This document shows positions 15,102-30,825 of a stretch of DNA of 64,000 nt, one piece after another (the first letter of the stretch is position 1; each line of letters opens with the position of its first letter). Made by a program: the position numbers and the translations under genes. The DNA comes from Eledone cirrhosa. Its lineage: Eukaryota. The stretch covers positions 334,242,001 to 334,306,000 of the forward strand of contig OZ024740.1 in NCBI GenBank assembly GCA_964016885.1, written 5' to 3'. A model generated the notes under the pieces. The model worked only from the letters and a program-made list of their open reading frames with translations, did no database searches and had not been told where the DNA came from.

Positions 15102-15195
15102 ACCCCTTGAGAAGATCGGCTATTTAAATACCAGGATAAATTTTCATTTAGTCCAGAATTAGCCGTCGAAACGGCTTGAGCTCAGCTGTCGGGGT
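15102..15195 (+). ncRNA. Type I hammerhead ribozyme, U3-A8 variant (family A)
   Basis: ACCCC-TTGAGAA-GAtCGGCTA...TAGCCGTC-GAAA-CGGCttgagctcaGCTG-TC-GGGGT; 5-bp stem I, long stem II, extended stem III, predicted GUC cleavage after 15190. Confidence 0.78.
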
Positions 15196-15205
15196 CTTAC
15201 TGGTT

Positions 15206-15313
<108 letters not shown>

Positions 15314-15414
15314 CATATATATATATATATACCTACATACACACATATATATATACATATACATATATACATATATACATACATATACATACACACATAC
15401 ATACATGTATATAT

Positions 15415-15465
<51 letters not shown>

Positions 15466-15507
15466 CATAGATATCCACGGTAAGTTGTGGGGTCCACATA
15501 CACACAT

Positions 15508-15544
<37 letters not shown>

Positions 15545-15547
<3 letters not shown>

Positions 15548-16153
15548 TGGCTGCCAACTCGTTTTCGAGTACGGCCACTACTTTATATCCATGTAGGAGA
15601 ACCCCTACCGATGCGCTGAATGAGTGTGACTTTTTAGTCCAGCCAGCGACTTTAAAACTCTGGTACAAACACTACACTTGTGACAATTATTGACACATAG
15701 TGCTTTACCTTTGGTACCATGTGACGACAAGTGCAGAAAGATCTCCAGATACAAAGCAATGCCTGTGCCGTGAAGCTTTTATAGTGAGCAAAGGCACTGC
15801 ACAAAGCCAGTCCCACTCTCTTAACCAAGATGATATTTACCAAAAAGAAGAACAAGTCAACATCATTGGATACCATCAGAGTTGCAGGTGTTATATCAGA
15901 GTTTTCCTTCTCCTAGAATTCTGCCTTGACAAAGGCTAAGGGGTCATCTCACCCGGTGATTTTGGATGGCCATTGATTCTTAAGAGCTCCTTTGCCCTTT
16001 GACAGGTTTTGTTTTTAGTCCTGCAGGATGTCCAAAGTCACCCTCCTCACCAAGAAACCTTGGTGGGGTTGCCAGTTTAGTGGCCAACGACCCGACCATG
16101 GGACAGGTTGTACTGGGATACATGTTACCAGTAGCACCAACTGGTGACCTGAC
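15545..16153 (-). mobile_element. RTE-clade-derived non-autonomous element (5' UTR fused to 3' end)
   Basis: Near-identical to 47472-48083 and 16993-17508; contains ggagaaggaaaactctgatataacacc (RTE-type 5' UTR motif) and a remnant C-terminal C2H2 finger ([15 protein letters not shown]) followed by a ctcgaaaacgag hairpin tail running into (TA)n. Confidence 0.7.
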
Positions 16154-16204
16154 ATAATATATATATATATATATATACATATACACACATAAATGTATAT
16201 ATAT

Positions 16205-16868
16205 AGTAATAATAATAATAATAGTAATAATAATAAATTTGAAGACTAAAATCCAAAGAGGGCTTGATAAGCATAAATATATATCAAATATATAAGAACC
16301 GTAGAGCAAATATTTATTAAAATAACAGATTAAAGTTTAAGCAAAGAATCGCTGCTTTCACCCTATACGGGATCTTCTAAAGCTACCAAAGTCAATCTGT
16401 AAACGCAGAAGTGGATATTTCAAAAAATGTTGCAACCGGAGGAAGACAGGAAGACGATACTTTGGTTCGTGGAAACGTTCGCTCGCAAAGAACGGGAAAA
16501 AACGAATATAATACGTCATTAATAGGAGCGGTGAAAAACAATTACGCGGAAGACAGAACCACGTTTATGGTATAAAAGAGGTCGTAGACTAATGTTCTCT
16601 TAGGTGGTGCATAGAGACGTTCTCCGGCAATGAACGAAAAAAACGAAGATAATACGAAGATAATGACGTATTATATTCGTGTTTTCCCGTTCTTTGCCAG
16701 CGAACGTTTCCACGAACCAAAGTATCGTCTTCCTGTCTTCCTCCGGTTGCAACGTTTTTTGAAATATCCAGTTCTGCGTTTACAGATTGACTTTGTTAGT
16801 TTAAGAAGATCCCGTTAAGGGTGAAAGCAGCGATTCTTTGCTTAAACTTTAATCTGTTATGTTAATAA

Positions 16869-16872
<4 letters not shown>
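16205..16872. mobile_element. Family B element with ~210-bp inverted arms
   Basis: 16310-16521 is the reverse complement of 16661-16872; left arm carries an extra ~100-bp tail; flanked by (TA)n. Confidence 0.78.
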
Positions 16873-16905
<33 letters not shown>

Positions 16906-16958
16906 TAGATAGATAGAGATACATATACACACACATACATACATGTATATATACACAC

Positions 16959-16992
<34 letters not shown>

Positions 16993-16994
<2 letters not shown>

Positions 16995-17508
16995 GGTGGC
17001 AGCCAACTCGTTTTCGAGTACGGCCACTACTTTATATCCATGTAGGAGAACCCCTACCGATGCGCTGAACAAGTGTGACTTTTTAGTCCAGCCAGCGACT
17101 TGAAAACTCCTGTACAAACACTACACTTGTGACAATTATTGAAACATAGTGCTGTGCCCATGGTACCATGTGATGACAAGTGCAGAGAGATATAAAGCAA
17201 TGCCTGTGCCGTGAAGCTTTTATAGTGAGCAAAGGCACTGGACAAAGCCAGTCCCACTCTCTAACCAAGATCCATATTTACCAAAAAGAAGAACTAGTCA
17301 ACATCATTGGATACCATCAGAGTTGCAGGTGTTATATCAGAGTTTGCCTTCTCTTAGAATTCTGCCTTGACAAAAACTAAGGGGTCATCTCTCCCGATGA
17401 TTTTGGATGGCCATTCACTCTTAAGAGCTCCCTTGCCCTTTGACAGGTTTAGTTTTTAATCCTGCAGTATGTCCAAAGTCACCCTTGGTGTGCTTGCCAG
17501 TTTAGTCG
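16993..17508 (-). mobile_element. RTE-derived non-autonomous element, 5'-truncated copy
   Basis: Colinear with 15545-16085; ORF 17054-17257 shows [26 protein letters not shown]. Confidence 0.7.
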
Positions 17509-17522
17509 CATATATATATATA

Positions 17523-17598
<76 letters not shown>

Positions 17599-17639
17599 AA
17601 CATATACATATACACACGCATATACACCTATATATATAC

Positions 17640-17708
<69 letters not shown>

Positions 17709-17711
17709 CAC

Positions 17712-17745
<34 letters not shown>

Positions 17746-17851
17746 ATATATACATACATACATATACATATACACATGTACATACACATTCACACATACA
17801 TATACACCTACATACACACACACACATGTATATGTGTTGTATGTGTATGTG

Positions 17852-17921
<70 letters not shown>

Positions 17922-18028
17922 TATATTTTTTTTCTATGCGTATGTATGTGTATGTATGTGTTTATGTGTGTATATGTATGTATATGTATGTGTGTGTGTG
18001 TATATACGTTTGTATATGTCTATGTATA

Positions 18029-18073
<45 letters not shown>

Positions 18074-18098
18074 TGCTTGTATATTGTATATGTATGTG

Positions 18099-18181
<83 letters not shown>

Positions 18182-18210
18182 ATGTGTATATGTATATATA
18201 TATATAGAGA

Positions 18211-18613
18211 GAGAGATTACAATAATCAAAGTTCAGTTTAAGTCATTTATTTGCTTACAATTGTTTCCTCCAAACCGAGGTTTGGATTCTTCGGAGCAAC
18301 TATTTACTGATCTATAACATACTTGACCTCCTTTTCAACCCAAGAGACACATAAAACATATGCGCTTATTGATCAATTGCGCATTTGGAGGAAACAATTG
18401 TAAGCAAATAAATGACTTAAACTGAACTTTGATTATTGTAATCTCTATATAACTGCTCTGTAAAACAACTGATGTTATTACATTGAGCTATTTATCTTAC
18501 TGGTAATAGGATAGTAATTAATGACTATCTTTCACTATTTAGGGTTTGTATATATAATATATTACCATTAAAGGTTTTATTACATACATAACCATAAATA
18601 GTACCCTTAATAC

Positions 18614-18615
<2 letters not shown>
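18211..18615. mobile_element. Family E element: 64-bp inverted arm + HHR relic + tail
   Basis: 18211-18274 is the reverse complement of 18384-18446; plus strand ..TTTGGAG-GAAA-CAATTG-TA-AGC-aaataaa with upstream GCT and an eroded core. Confidence 0.6.
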
Positions 18616-18701
<86 letters not shown>

Positions 18702-18763
18702 TAAATATATATGTATATATATATATATATATGTGTGTATGTGTGTATATGTGTCTTTGTATG

Positions 18764-18868
<105 letters not shown>

Positions 18869-18956
18869 GTATGTATATGCGTGTATATATGTGTATATAT
18901 ATATGTATATATACATGTATGTATGTGTGAGTGTAAATATATATATATATATATAT

Positions 18957-19670
18957 AGGAACGAGTAGGACCCCGACGGCTGAGCTCAAGCCGTTTCGAC
19001 GGCTAATTCTGGACTAAATGAAAATGTTTATCCTGGTATTTGAATAGCCGAGCTTCTTAAGGGTTAATTCCATATATGGTCAAAGTGATTGTCACAAGGA
19101 TTGGTCAAAAGTTTGTTGTTGAGACATAATAATTCTATGATGGCAATTTGTGGAGGGGTAGCTAAACTTGTCAGTAGGAGAAAGAGGGAGAGGGGGTGGA
19201 GGAGACCCATTCATGCGTTGATAGTGCCGACTACAGCTGGGCATGAGGTCAAAGAAGATACTAGGGAGGGGGTTGGGGAGGATGTCGAGACAATATGTAG
19301 AACAATAAGCGGTAAATATATAAAAAAATACTGAGAGTATTAAAAAGCAATTAAATGTAAAAAAAAAAAAATAAATAAATAAACAATTTCTGGTTACTAC
19401 GACCTAAGTCTCTCACTGGTACTGCTAGGCTAAAAAAATATACTATGTGGGACGGAATTATAATGAGACTTTTTTAAGAGGTATAAGTAATAAACCGAGT
19501 ATATCTTACGGTGACGGGTCAACAAGTGAAGGACCAAAATACTAAAGAAACTACCACGAAATAATAAATGAAGGTTTCTACCCCAGGCACAACCCAGTGC
19601 AAAAAAGTAAACTAATACGAAATAATAATTCAGAGTCCCGAAAAAGAATACTAATACTATATCTAAGGGT
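18957..19670 (-). mobile_element. Diverged family A copy
   Basis: Reverse-complement homologue of 14450-15209; HHR core reads TTAAGAA (G5 lost); ends at tcctat/(TA)n like 15209 and 6884. Confidence 0.75.
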
Positions 19671-20579
19671 GCCGCAACGATGCAAAAGTTCTAGTGTAAG
19701 CTACATAAAAGCTTATTGTAGTAAAATTTGTATGATGGACAATCTAAAATTTCACTATGTCATCTAGAAATAAACCTCGCTGCATTGACTGATATTCAAA
19801 ATGGTATCGAATTTCATTCACTGCACAAAAGATATGACGCCGAGAGAGAACACTTAGAATGTTCATATCAGGTTAAGATATATCTGTATTAATATCTACT
19901 AATGTAAATCTGCTTCAGCCGAATTTTTATATCCCACAAAGCATCTCAGATAATTTAAAGTTTCTCGCTTTCATTTAAAGAATCAAAAGGACTGCTGATT
20001 TTCAATAATATGATAACCAATCAATTCTGTAGATTCCTACTCAACATCTAGACACCGCCAGGTAGTTTCGTGACTGTTAAAATGTGGACAGGTTTATTGG
20101 CGTTTGATGTCATACACAATAACATTTCTGTACATTTTCAATGAATATTATAAAATTATGCTATCACTTAATTTCTTAAAATTCGACAATAGAAAAAAAA
20201 CAATTCAGCAGTCCAATGTCGTTCGGTAAATTGCCTGAGGTGTTTAGGTGTACCTGCAAAATGAATTTAGTTTGAGACAACTTGTTCCTGAATATACAAC
20301 TGAACTGATCGAATGTTTGAAGTAGAATGTTTCTTTTTGTTTTACCTATTTCTATTGTACTGGAGCATCAGATGAAAGATCAGAGAGTCTTCTATAACAT
20401 TTTCAAAGGTTCCTACTATACCTGGTGGGTTATTGTAATTCTAATAGAGGTATACACACCTATAATATTTTACGTGATAACGTGTAGAATAGGGAGCATA
20501 TTTCCAGTTCAAATCATGCCATGAGGGGTTTGTAATTTATCACTCTGGGATCGAAAAGAAAAGGGCCTCAATGAGGGTA

Positions 20580-20965
<386 letters not shown>

Positions 20966-21061
20966 AATAATGGAGCTGCGGCGCTGCAAATGGGTTACAT
21001 ATGAACAAGTTTGTCCTCATCAGTGGCCTTCCGACCGTCGTAGGCATTTCGTATGTATATA

Positions 21062-21103
<42 letters not shown>

Positions 21104-21375
21104 TATATATACATATATACATGTGTGTGTGTGTGTTTGTCTCTATGTCTCTATGTCTGTCTGTCTGTTTGTCTGCCTATGTATGTGTGTGCGTGAAAAG
21201 TGAGAGCGACAGAGAGATGAATGATGAGGGGTGATAGAGTACTCCTTTACTAGTGACTGATTTATGGTTTATACTTCAAAAAGTGCAACAAAATTCTTTG
21301 AAGTTGCTTAGTGTAGATTTTGCCAAGATAATACGTTATATTTTTCACTGGCTTGCAGTGGCGAATAGATATATA

Positions 21376-21478
<103 letters not shown>

Positions 21479-22082
21479 AAAGAATAGAGGTGTAACACAC
21501 AAGTTATTATATATTGGTAAACGGAATAAAAAATGCTGACAAATTGTTCATGGTGAAAAATAGTTTAATTAGGAATAAGTGAGAATTAGTAATTGTATTG
21601 GTTAGTATTCAGTTTTGGTTTTAAGTTTTACCGGTTGCGCATTTCTAAATGCTTTTCAAAAATAATTTTGAGATAGAGCGTCCGTGATGTTTGCTCTGAT
21701 CTGATTGGTTTTGGGAATTCTACCTGTTTTTATGTTAAAAAAGTGGCTCCAGCGGTATTAAAATATGTTTTGGCGCCAATTCGTGTTGCAAAAATTCTTG
21801 TGGTCAAAACAATTTTGATTGGTCGGTAGAGGTCATGTGAACGTAAAAAATTGATTTTGCGCCAAGACTGAGAAATGACTCTTGTGGTCAAAACAATTTT
21901 GATTGGTCGGTAGAGGTCATGTGAACGTAAAACATTGATTTTGCGCCAAGACTGAGAAATGACTCTTTCACAACAAATATGTGTGTGTAGTAGTAGTGGT
22001 AAAGTGTTCGTTGTTGTGATAATCGTTAGCAGGGATGTTTGTGCGAACCGCAGCCCGTTGACAGTTCAAATGCCTATTAAGA

Positions 22083-22212
<130 letters not shown>

Positions 22213-22578
22213 GCAGAGTAATTCGTGGTAGAGGGATGGTAGGTAGGAATGTGTCTGTAAGTGAGTGGGGTATATTTTAACATGTTAAAAGATATTTTTC
22301 AGGTCTTGTCTTATACGGAGAAGTGTGTGTGTGCGTGTGTGTGTAGCAGACTAATTCGTGGTAGAGGGATGGTCAGTAGGAATGTGTCTGCAAGTGAGTG
22401 GGGGATATTTTAACATGTTAAAAGATATTGTTTAGCTCTTGTCTTATACGGAGAAGTGTGTGTGTGTGTAGCAGACTAATTCTTGGTAGAGGGATGGTCA
22501 GTAGCAATGTGTCTGTAAGTGAGTGGGGGATATTTTAACATGTTAAAAGATATTTTTTAGCTCTTGTCTTATACGGAG

Positions 22579-22617
<39 letters not shown>

Positions 22618-22673
22618 AGTCTCTTTGTATGTAAATGTACGCGTGTGTATGTGTGTGTGTATATATATATATG

Positions 22674-22712
<39 letters not shown>

Positions 22713-22862
22713 CGACCAGTATTTTTTCCTGGTAAAATGGTGTACATTATTCGATATTTTCAGTAAAATCGATTCTCTCAATAGAACATCAAAAACCTTA
22801 ATAATAAAAGGTGTGAAATGATATTCACTATATATATATATATATATTCACTATATATATAT

Positions 22863-24059
22863 AAGGAAACCGCCACCGGATACAAACCCTCCGAAATCGG
22901 CGATAAACCCCCAAACCTTTGCGATACTATCCAAACTATGTTCACTACTACCAACCCAGGAAAAACCAACGAAGAACCATGTGAGATTGATTCATACAAA
23001 ATGAAAATTTGAACAATTCCAAAATGGAACAAATCCCTCAGAGACAGAAAGTTCTCATTCTGGAAGATGATACAAAATCACAACAAAGCGGAGATATATG
23101 AAAAATGGCTTAACTCAACCCCTCTAACTCTCCCCCGTAAAATACAAATAAAGTCCATTCCAAATGAACCCGAACCTCAAAGACACCTTAGGGAAAGAAT
23201 GGCATTGGAAAAAATGAAGACAGAAATTGAACTTCTTAAACTGAGGGCCCAGACAAATGAGGAAAAAATCAAAACCATCGATGAAGAGATCCTCCTGGAA
23301 ATCAACAATAAAACTGAATGCCCCAAGGTAGAGAAGATCTCTAAATTATGGAAAGGGGACTGCAACAGAGAAGAACTGAAATCCCTTCAACGCTGGGAAA
23401 AAAGTGCCGCTTGGTTCCTACACTATGAATCGACTTTTCAAACGGATTACACCTCCAATAACCCGTTCATAAAAATAGGAAAACCCATAACTGAACCGCA
23501 CAACAACTTCGCAAACCCCCAAGCCACTAACAAACGAAGAAGGAAGCACCACACCGAAGATGAACTTCCCAACCTCGCTACCATAAGAAGGAACAAAAAC
23601 CCAAGAAATCATCTCCCCCAGAATGACATATACAACTTTGCCCCTTCAAGGAGACACCATACCAAATCACTCAACTACTAGGCGGATGCCTCATCGTCAA
23701 ACATAGGGAAAGGATACCACCACCATGATAGATGTAACAACTTCCCCGCTTCAAGGGGACAGCAACGTAATTTCCATTTTCTCAACTCTCGCTTCCACAA
23801 TACACAACAAACCCACACTACACGATACAACCAACAACGTAGGCCACCTATAACACCACAATACAACATGGCACATAGAAACACACACCCATACTCGCAG
23901 TACAGGAACACCCCATTCAATCTACAACCACCAACCCGAACCACATTTTACAACAACAAGGAATATAACAAACACAGGAGACCACTTAACATCAGCAGAC
24001 AACCCCTCTACCCCAACCATTTTTTAGACACAGCACACAGATACAGGCAAACAAAATAA
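22863..24059 (+). pseudogene. PLE1 ORF1 (helical/coiled-coil domain + His/Asn/Thr-rich tail)
   Basis: ORFs 22818, 23067 and 23868 are all in one frame, split by two stops (23010, 23679); LWKGDCNREELKSLQRWEKSAAWFLHYE..NPFIK is homologous to PLE2 SWKQDCENAEIISLKRCEKSENWFLKYE..NPFIK. Confidence 0.7.
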
Positions 24060-26337
24060 CACAAGACAGGGAGGAGAAACCGATAGTAATAAAAATTATC
24101 AATCTTACTAGTGCAGAACCAACACCCAACCTTATCAACTTACTCTCCAAATGTCTTAAATTCACACCGACCCCACTACGTCCTAACTACTATGAAATGA
24201 AGGAAGACATCACAGACTTCTGTAGAAAGTTACGACTCAGTGAACAACTATTCGACCAGTACAATGAGGATGAATCATTAGCCAGAAATAGAAGCAATTA
24301 CACCCCATCAAAAGGTAGTAATAACATCCTGGACGAATTCTGTGAACACATCACAAACTTCTCTTACCAACACTTGCATAGACAAAAACACAAGCCAAAC
24401 CTCAACAAGAAAGAATGGGAAGAATTAAATAGATTAAAAACCGACAGAAACCATTACAATTAAAGAGGCTGATAAAGGGATTACAGTAGTCTTAATGGAG
24501 ACAGAATTCTATATCAACTTAGCGCTCTCCACTTCGGAAAACGAAACATACTACGAAAAGGCTGAACACTACAATCAACAGAAAATTATGAGAAACCTAA
24601 AAACTCTAATCAACCAATACAAAGAAGGACTCACTAACAAGGAATTCAGCTACATCACAGACTTCACAAGTGAATCCAGCCTTTTCTACGGTATCCCTAA
24701 AGTACATAAAAGCGAATTAATAAGTAAGGCATGCAAGGAAGCCACAGATATAGTCATCAATGTCCCCTCACCCAATGATCTCAAATTAAGACCTATAATA
24801 GCAGGCCCCGCTTGCGAAACCCACCGCCTTAGCAACTTCATTGATACCCTTCTCAAGCCCTTTCTCAAACACATCAAAGCTATATAATGGACGATCTAGA
24901 TATGCTCAATCACCTCCCTAATATGCCACTTTCTGAACAAACCCTACTAGTGACGTTCGATGTAGTCAACCTATACTCCAACATCCCCCACAACCTAGGA
25001 ATAGAAGCTATCCAATTCTGGCTGGATAATTACCACAATGAACTCCCACAACGCATCAAAAAAGAATTCGTGATAGAGGGACTCAAATTTATCTTGGAGA
25101 ACAATTACTTCGTTTTCAATAACAAAACCTACAGGCAGAAATCTGGGACCGCTATGGGAACGAAAACAGCCCCCACTTATGCCAACATAGTCATGGGATA
25201 CCTGCAAATCACCCTCTACACTAAAGTCCTAAACAAATTTGGAAACACTCACCACTTACACATAGAAAGGAACTGGAAGCGATATCTAGATGACTGCTTC
25301 ATCCTTTGGCACGAAAACATCGAGAAACTTAAAGAATTTCACACCCTTATAAATGGGCTCAACACGAATATTAACTTCACGATGGAATACAGCCATCAAC
25401 AACTCCCCTTCCTCGACATCCTCATTAAGATCCATAACAAAAAAATAGAAACAGACATATACTACAAGCCCACAAACTCCAAGCAATATCTTCCTTTCAA
25501 CTCTTGCCACCCTAGACACGTTAAAATTAATATTCCCTACAACTTAGCCAAGAAAATATGTACTATAGTCTCCAATAAAAACACCTGCTACTTACGGCTA
25601 CAAGAACTAAAGGACGCACTCATAGGTAGGGACTACCCTGCATCACTAATTGACAATGGAATCCAACGTGCCCTAAAACTCAGTACCCAGGACATTAGAC
25701 ACCCTAAAGTAAATCAACCGAAACTAAAAGCTCTTCCATACATCTCCACACACAACTCCCTCAACATGAGGCCTTTGACACCATCCTCCAGAACATCCCT
25801 GTGTTGAAAAAGGACCATAGAATGAACCAAATCCTACGAACACACGATATCATAAAGAGCAAAAGACAATCTAAGTCAATGAAAAACATCCCAACACATG
25901 CCAAAGTACTGCCAACCACAACAACGAAACCCACAGTAAAAAAATGCGATATACCCAACTGTGGCATTTGCATCAACCTAATAGAAGGTTCGGAATTCTA
26001 TTTCAAAGAAGGACAACGTTTTATAGTAAAACACAATTTCACATGTGCATCGGAAAATCTAATATATGTATTAACTTGCTCAGGTTGTCGAGAACAATAC
26101 ATAGGCCAGACCAAAAATTGCCTCCGCCAACGCATGACTGTCCATAGATCCCAAATTAAAATACGGGAATACAGGAAAATACCACTGAGTGAACACATTG
26201 ATACTGCCCCAAATCATCCTAACTTCAGAATCTTTCCCCTCTACAAATTTAAAGATAATGCCACCCACACCCAGCGCATCAGCAAGGAATCTTACTTTAT
26301 TAACAAATACGGACCCCGTCTAAACACTTCTCCCTAA
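24020..26337 (+). pseudogene. PLE1 ORF2: reverse transcriptase + GIY-YIG endonuclease (frameshifted)
   Basis: LKFTPTP, IKEADKG, FYGIPKVHK, LRPII, FDVVNLYSNI, QKSGTAMGT, RYLDD, LPFLD, YYKPT, SCHP; then CDIPNCGIC linker and NLIYVLTCSGCREQYIGQT..LRQRMTVH..ESYFI..LN. Confidence 0.92.
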
Positions 26338-26444
26338 GACGAACCCACAACATACACACGTCAACATACACACCTACATCAGTACACATCTCTACCCACA
26401 TATAAACACAATGACATACGTAAACACACATGTTCTATGGTGCA

Positions 26445-26487
<43 letters not shown>

Positions 26488-26878
26488 GTGAATATATATA
26501 TATATATAGTGAATATCATTTCACACCTTTTATTATTAAGGTTTTTGATGTTCTATTGAGAGAATCGATTTTACTGAAAATATCGAATAATGTACACCAT
26601 TTTTCCAGGAAAAAAATACTGGTCCACCCCTACACACACACACACCCACACACACATTCACACACACACACACACAGACACACACAGACATATATATACA
26701 CACACACATACACACGCGTACATTAACATACAAAGAGACTTATACACACACACACACACACACTTCTCCGTATAAGACAAGAGCTGAAAAATATCTTTTG
26801 ACATGTTAAAATATCCACCACTCACTTACAGACACATTCCTACTGACCATCCCTCTACCACGAATTACTCTGCTATAC

Positions 26879-26946
<68 letters not shown>

Positions 26947-27041
26947 TTGTCTTAATAGGCATTTGAACTGTCAACAGGCTGCGGTTCGCACACACATCCC
27001 TGCTAACCATTATCACAACAACGAACACTTTACTACTACTA

Positions 27042-27123
<82 letters not shown>

Positions 27124-27353
27124 TTGTTGTGAAAGAGTCATTTCTCAGTCTTGGCGCAAAATCAATTTTTTACATTTTCATGACCTCTACCGACCAATCA
27201 AAATTGTTTTGACCACAAGAATTTTCGCAACACGAATTGGCGCAAAAACATATTTTCATACCGCTGGACCCACTTTTTTAACATAAAAACAGGTAGAATT
27301 CCCAAAACTAATCAGATCAGAGCAAACATCACGGACGCTCTATCTCAAAATTA

Positions 27354-27390
27354 TTTTTGAAAAGCATTTAGAAATGCGCAACCGGTTAAA
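27354..27390 (+). ncRNA. Minimal hammerhead-like motif (U3-A8, A13C) in PLE1 3' repeat; inverted copy at 21626-21662 (-)
   Basis: TTT-TTGAAAA-GCATT(TAGA)AATGC-GCAA-CCGG-T(T/A)-AAA; ACCGGT palindromic stem III typical of PLE HHRs. Confidence 0.55.
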
Positions 27391-27498
27391 CTTAAAACCA
27401 AAACTGAATACTAACCAATACAATTACTAATTCTCACTTATTCCTAATTAAACTATTTTTCACTGTGAACAATTTGTCAGTATTTTTTATTCCGTTTA

Positions 27499-27559
<61 letters not shown>

Positions 27560-27567
27560 TATATATG

Positions 27568-27622
<55 letters not shown>

Positions 27623-27675
27623 GTATATATATATATATATATAGGTATATATGTATATATATGTATATATATATA

Positions 27676-28175
27676 TTTCTCAATCTTAGTACGGATGATA
27701 CTCAAATATAAGTATGTATACGTACATACATATATGTATAAAGACGTACACTAGTATGTATATTCATACATACATGCACACAATTATATATGTACGTATG
27801 GGTTTACCGAACATTTATTATAATGCTCGGTTGTTTGTAAACAAACAGCCCGAATTATTAGCCATACAGTGTTCAGGCAACCATCGTTGCCATTTTGTTC
27901 AACACTGACAAAGGAACGATGTACTAGTTTCTAGCTTATTAGCTGTCATCAGAACCGTATACCTTCCTGTCAGTTGATTGAACATGTGTAAGTATATACT
28001 TCCCTTATGCATATTAACAGCTGAGTAGCCTAATTTGCATATCGAACGAGTTAGTCGGCCGGGCGTACCGAAAAGGATATATGGAAAAAATGAAATTTCA
28101 TTTCTCACACTTAGTACGGATGATACTCAAATATAATTATATATATGTACATACATATATGTATACAGACGTATA
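27676..28175 (-). mobile_element. Family C: ~425-bp non-coding unit with ~75-bp direct terminal redundancy (retrozyme-like)
   Basis: 27676-27750 repeated at 28101-28175; homologous to 55970-57072; contains an HHR. Confidence 0.7.
27917..27957 (-). ncRNA. Minimal type I hammerhead (family C)
   Basis: Minus strand: CGGTT-CTGATGA-cAGCT(AATA)AGCTa-GAAA-CTAG-TA-CATCG; canonical core, ACTAGT palindromic stem III. Confidence 0.72.
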
Positions 28176-28448
28176 CATACTTATATCTGAGTATGTAAGA
28201 ATCCCCAGTCAATGAAGAGGTCACAGAATGTGTGACGAAACAACTTTGACAATACATGAACAACCATCGGGTTGTGGAACTAACCAACCAACCAACTGGA
28301 AATTTATAAAATTTATAATGAATTGAAGTGAAAGCACTTGGTGCGTGTGTTTCTTATTGGCAACATGACCCTCCCATAGTATAACAATATATATATATAT
28401 ATATATACATACACATACATATACTTACACATACATACATACATACAT

Positions 28449-28491
<43 letters not shown>

Positions 28492-29404
28492 GGGGGGGGG
28501 TTCGTGATAATGGTGAGATACCAAAATATCTGAAAATACGAAAAAGCCAAGATATTGGACAAAAGCTAGATTGTGTTTAAAGATGTATGAGGATGTTTTA
28601 TAATGTGGAAAAGGGTGTTTTTGTGTGTGTAGTGAGCTAATTCAATTGGCAAAAATAGTAGTAATGCATTTTGATATATGTATATTGTGCGCCTCAAAAA
28701 GTGTTTAGAAGTGTTTAAACGATAGTCAGGAATGAAAGTTCAATGACATCATTTTCTTTTTCGGGACGGATGTGAAAAACTGTAGAATACAGTCAATTAT
28801 CGTACAGGTAATCCAATACTTGCACAACAGTTGACCATGCAGAATATACTGGACTATATTTTCGAAAAAATGGGCTTCAATTTAATCAGGTCAAATAACA
28901 TGTGTCAGCACATACGTTGCTGCAATCATCTCGCCTATAAAGCAACCGGAATTTGTATCCGATTTTTATGACAACCAAAGTTGAATATCTCGTATCTAAC
29001 CGTTAATATGAAGCATACTCTATTATAGATAACCCGAAATGTTTGTTTCATTTAGGTATGCGTCGTAAAATATGGAAATCCCTTGCATCCTTTCACCAAA
29101 TCCAGGCATGATTGAATAGTTAGTTGATTTCCTTTTCCTCTAATTATTTTGGAAAATGTCATCAATTTAAATTTAACTTTTGACTTAACTATATAGAGTT
29201 TAGACACGAAAGTAAAATTAATTTGATGCGATGGCATCCGCTTCGTATATAATCCCTGATTGTCATGTGTTTGTGTCTTTATATATTTAGGTACACATTA
29301 ATTTAATTGTTTCAATTAGTGTAAAACTTTATTTACCCTTTCTTTCTCTATTTCTCTCTCTGTATACACAGACACAGACACACACACAGACAGACACATA
29401 CACG

Positions 29405-29503
<99 letters not shown>

Positions 29504-30292
29504 TATATATAAGTGAGAGAGAGAGATTATTTATTTTGAATATTTTTACTTAACGTTGGTTGGTTAGTTAGTAGGTATGTTTTATAGGAATATTAGAATT
29601 ATCATATGAATTAGATTATATATGGCCCGTTTCTATTCAGTGGTTAATGGCGCGGGCTGTGTGATATAGTTGATCTTATCGTTAAGTCCTCAGGTTATTT
29701 TAGTATTTGCTTTAGAGCTCTGCCTTATCAAAAATAGTTCTTTTAATTCATATCCTGACTAATGAGTATATTATTAATAAGTCTTTGAAATATATGAATT
29801 GAGCAAAATTATCTATATCAATATGTATCACATTTTCATTAGGTTTGGTGTGATGTGTGAAATAGTTGTTGTTATGCTAAATGAAAAATATAAGCACGTA
29901 GGTTAATAGAGATTATTACCATTAAGTTGAAATATTTTAAAAACATATAATCTATTTCCAATGGTATTTTGCTCTATTCATATGAATATAAGTCAATATT
30001 TATGGCCGTGAGAATTGTCCCAGAGAGAATAACGCACTCCTAATAATATGCAACTTTTTAAAATAGGTTGCAAATTGCAATATAGGAATTCTCATATGCT
30101 AACTGCCCACATGGTGTATATATTGTGAAATAGGAAGAATATATGCCATAATCCTAGAGTATGTTTGCCATATGTATATTCGGAACGGGACAGCTTTCAT
30201 CGGGCCGTTTGTTTACAAACGAATCGAATATTGTTATTAATGTTCGATATAAGTCATACGTACATATGTACATGAATATATGTGTGTGCGTG

Positions 30293-30327
<35 letters not shown>

Positions 30328-30825
30328 ACGTATGCATCCTTACATTTACGTATCAGCTGTGTTAGGCGGAAATATGAAAGTTTAATTATATATATATATA
30401 TTGTTATACTTGGGGAGGGTCATATTTGTGTAATATTGCCAGAATTAATAACAGAACACACTCACTGTTTGGTTGGTTTTCGCTTCTCACTGTCTTTTAT
30501 ATCTGCGATCTAACTTAATCGGTCCTCAATGTTGCCATTGACTGACCGACGGTCAAAAATAATACAGACACAATATAGACACAAACACATATATATAGTT
30601 TACATAATTTACATAAATCTTTCGTTGCACATCTGCAACATCGTCAGTGGTGTTATATTTTTTCCTCCTGTTGTGTTGTATGTCTACGCCATTTTTTTTA
30701 TTCAATCTGTCTATATATTTATTTATTTATTTGCTTGTTTGTTTATTTTATTTTGTCTTCTTTGCGCATGCGTTTGCGTGTGTGTATAGTGTTATGTTTG
30801 CTGTGTGACTAGTGTGTATATATTA

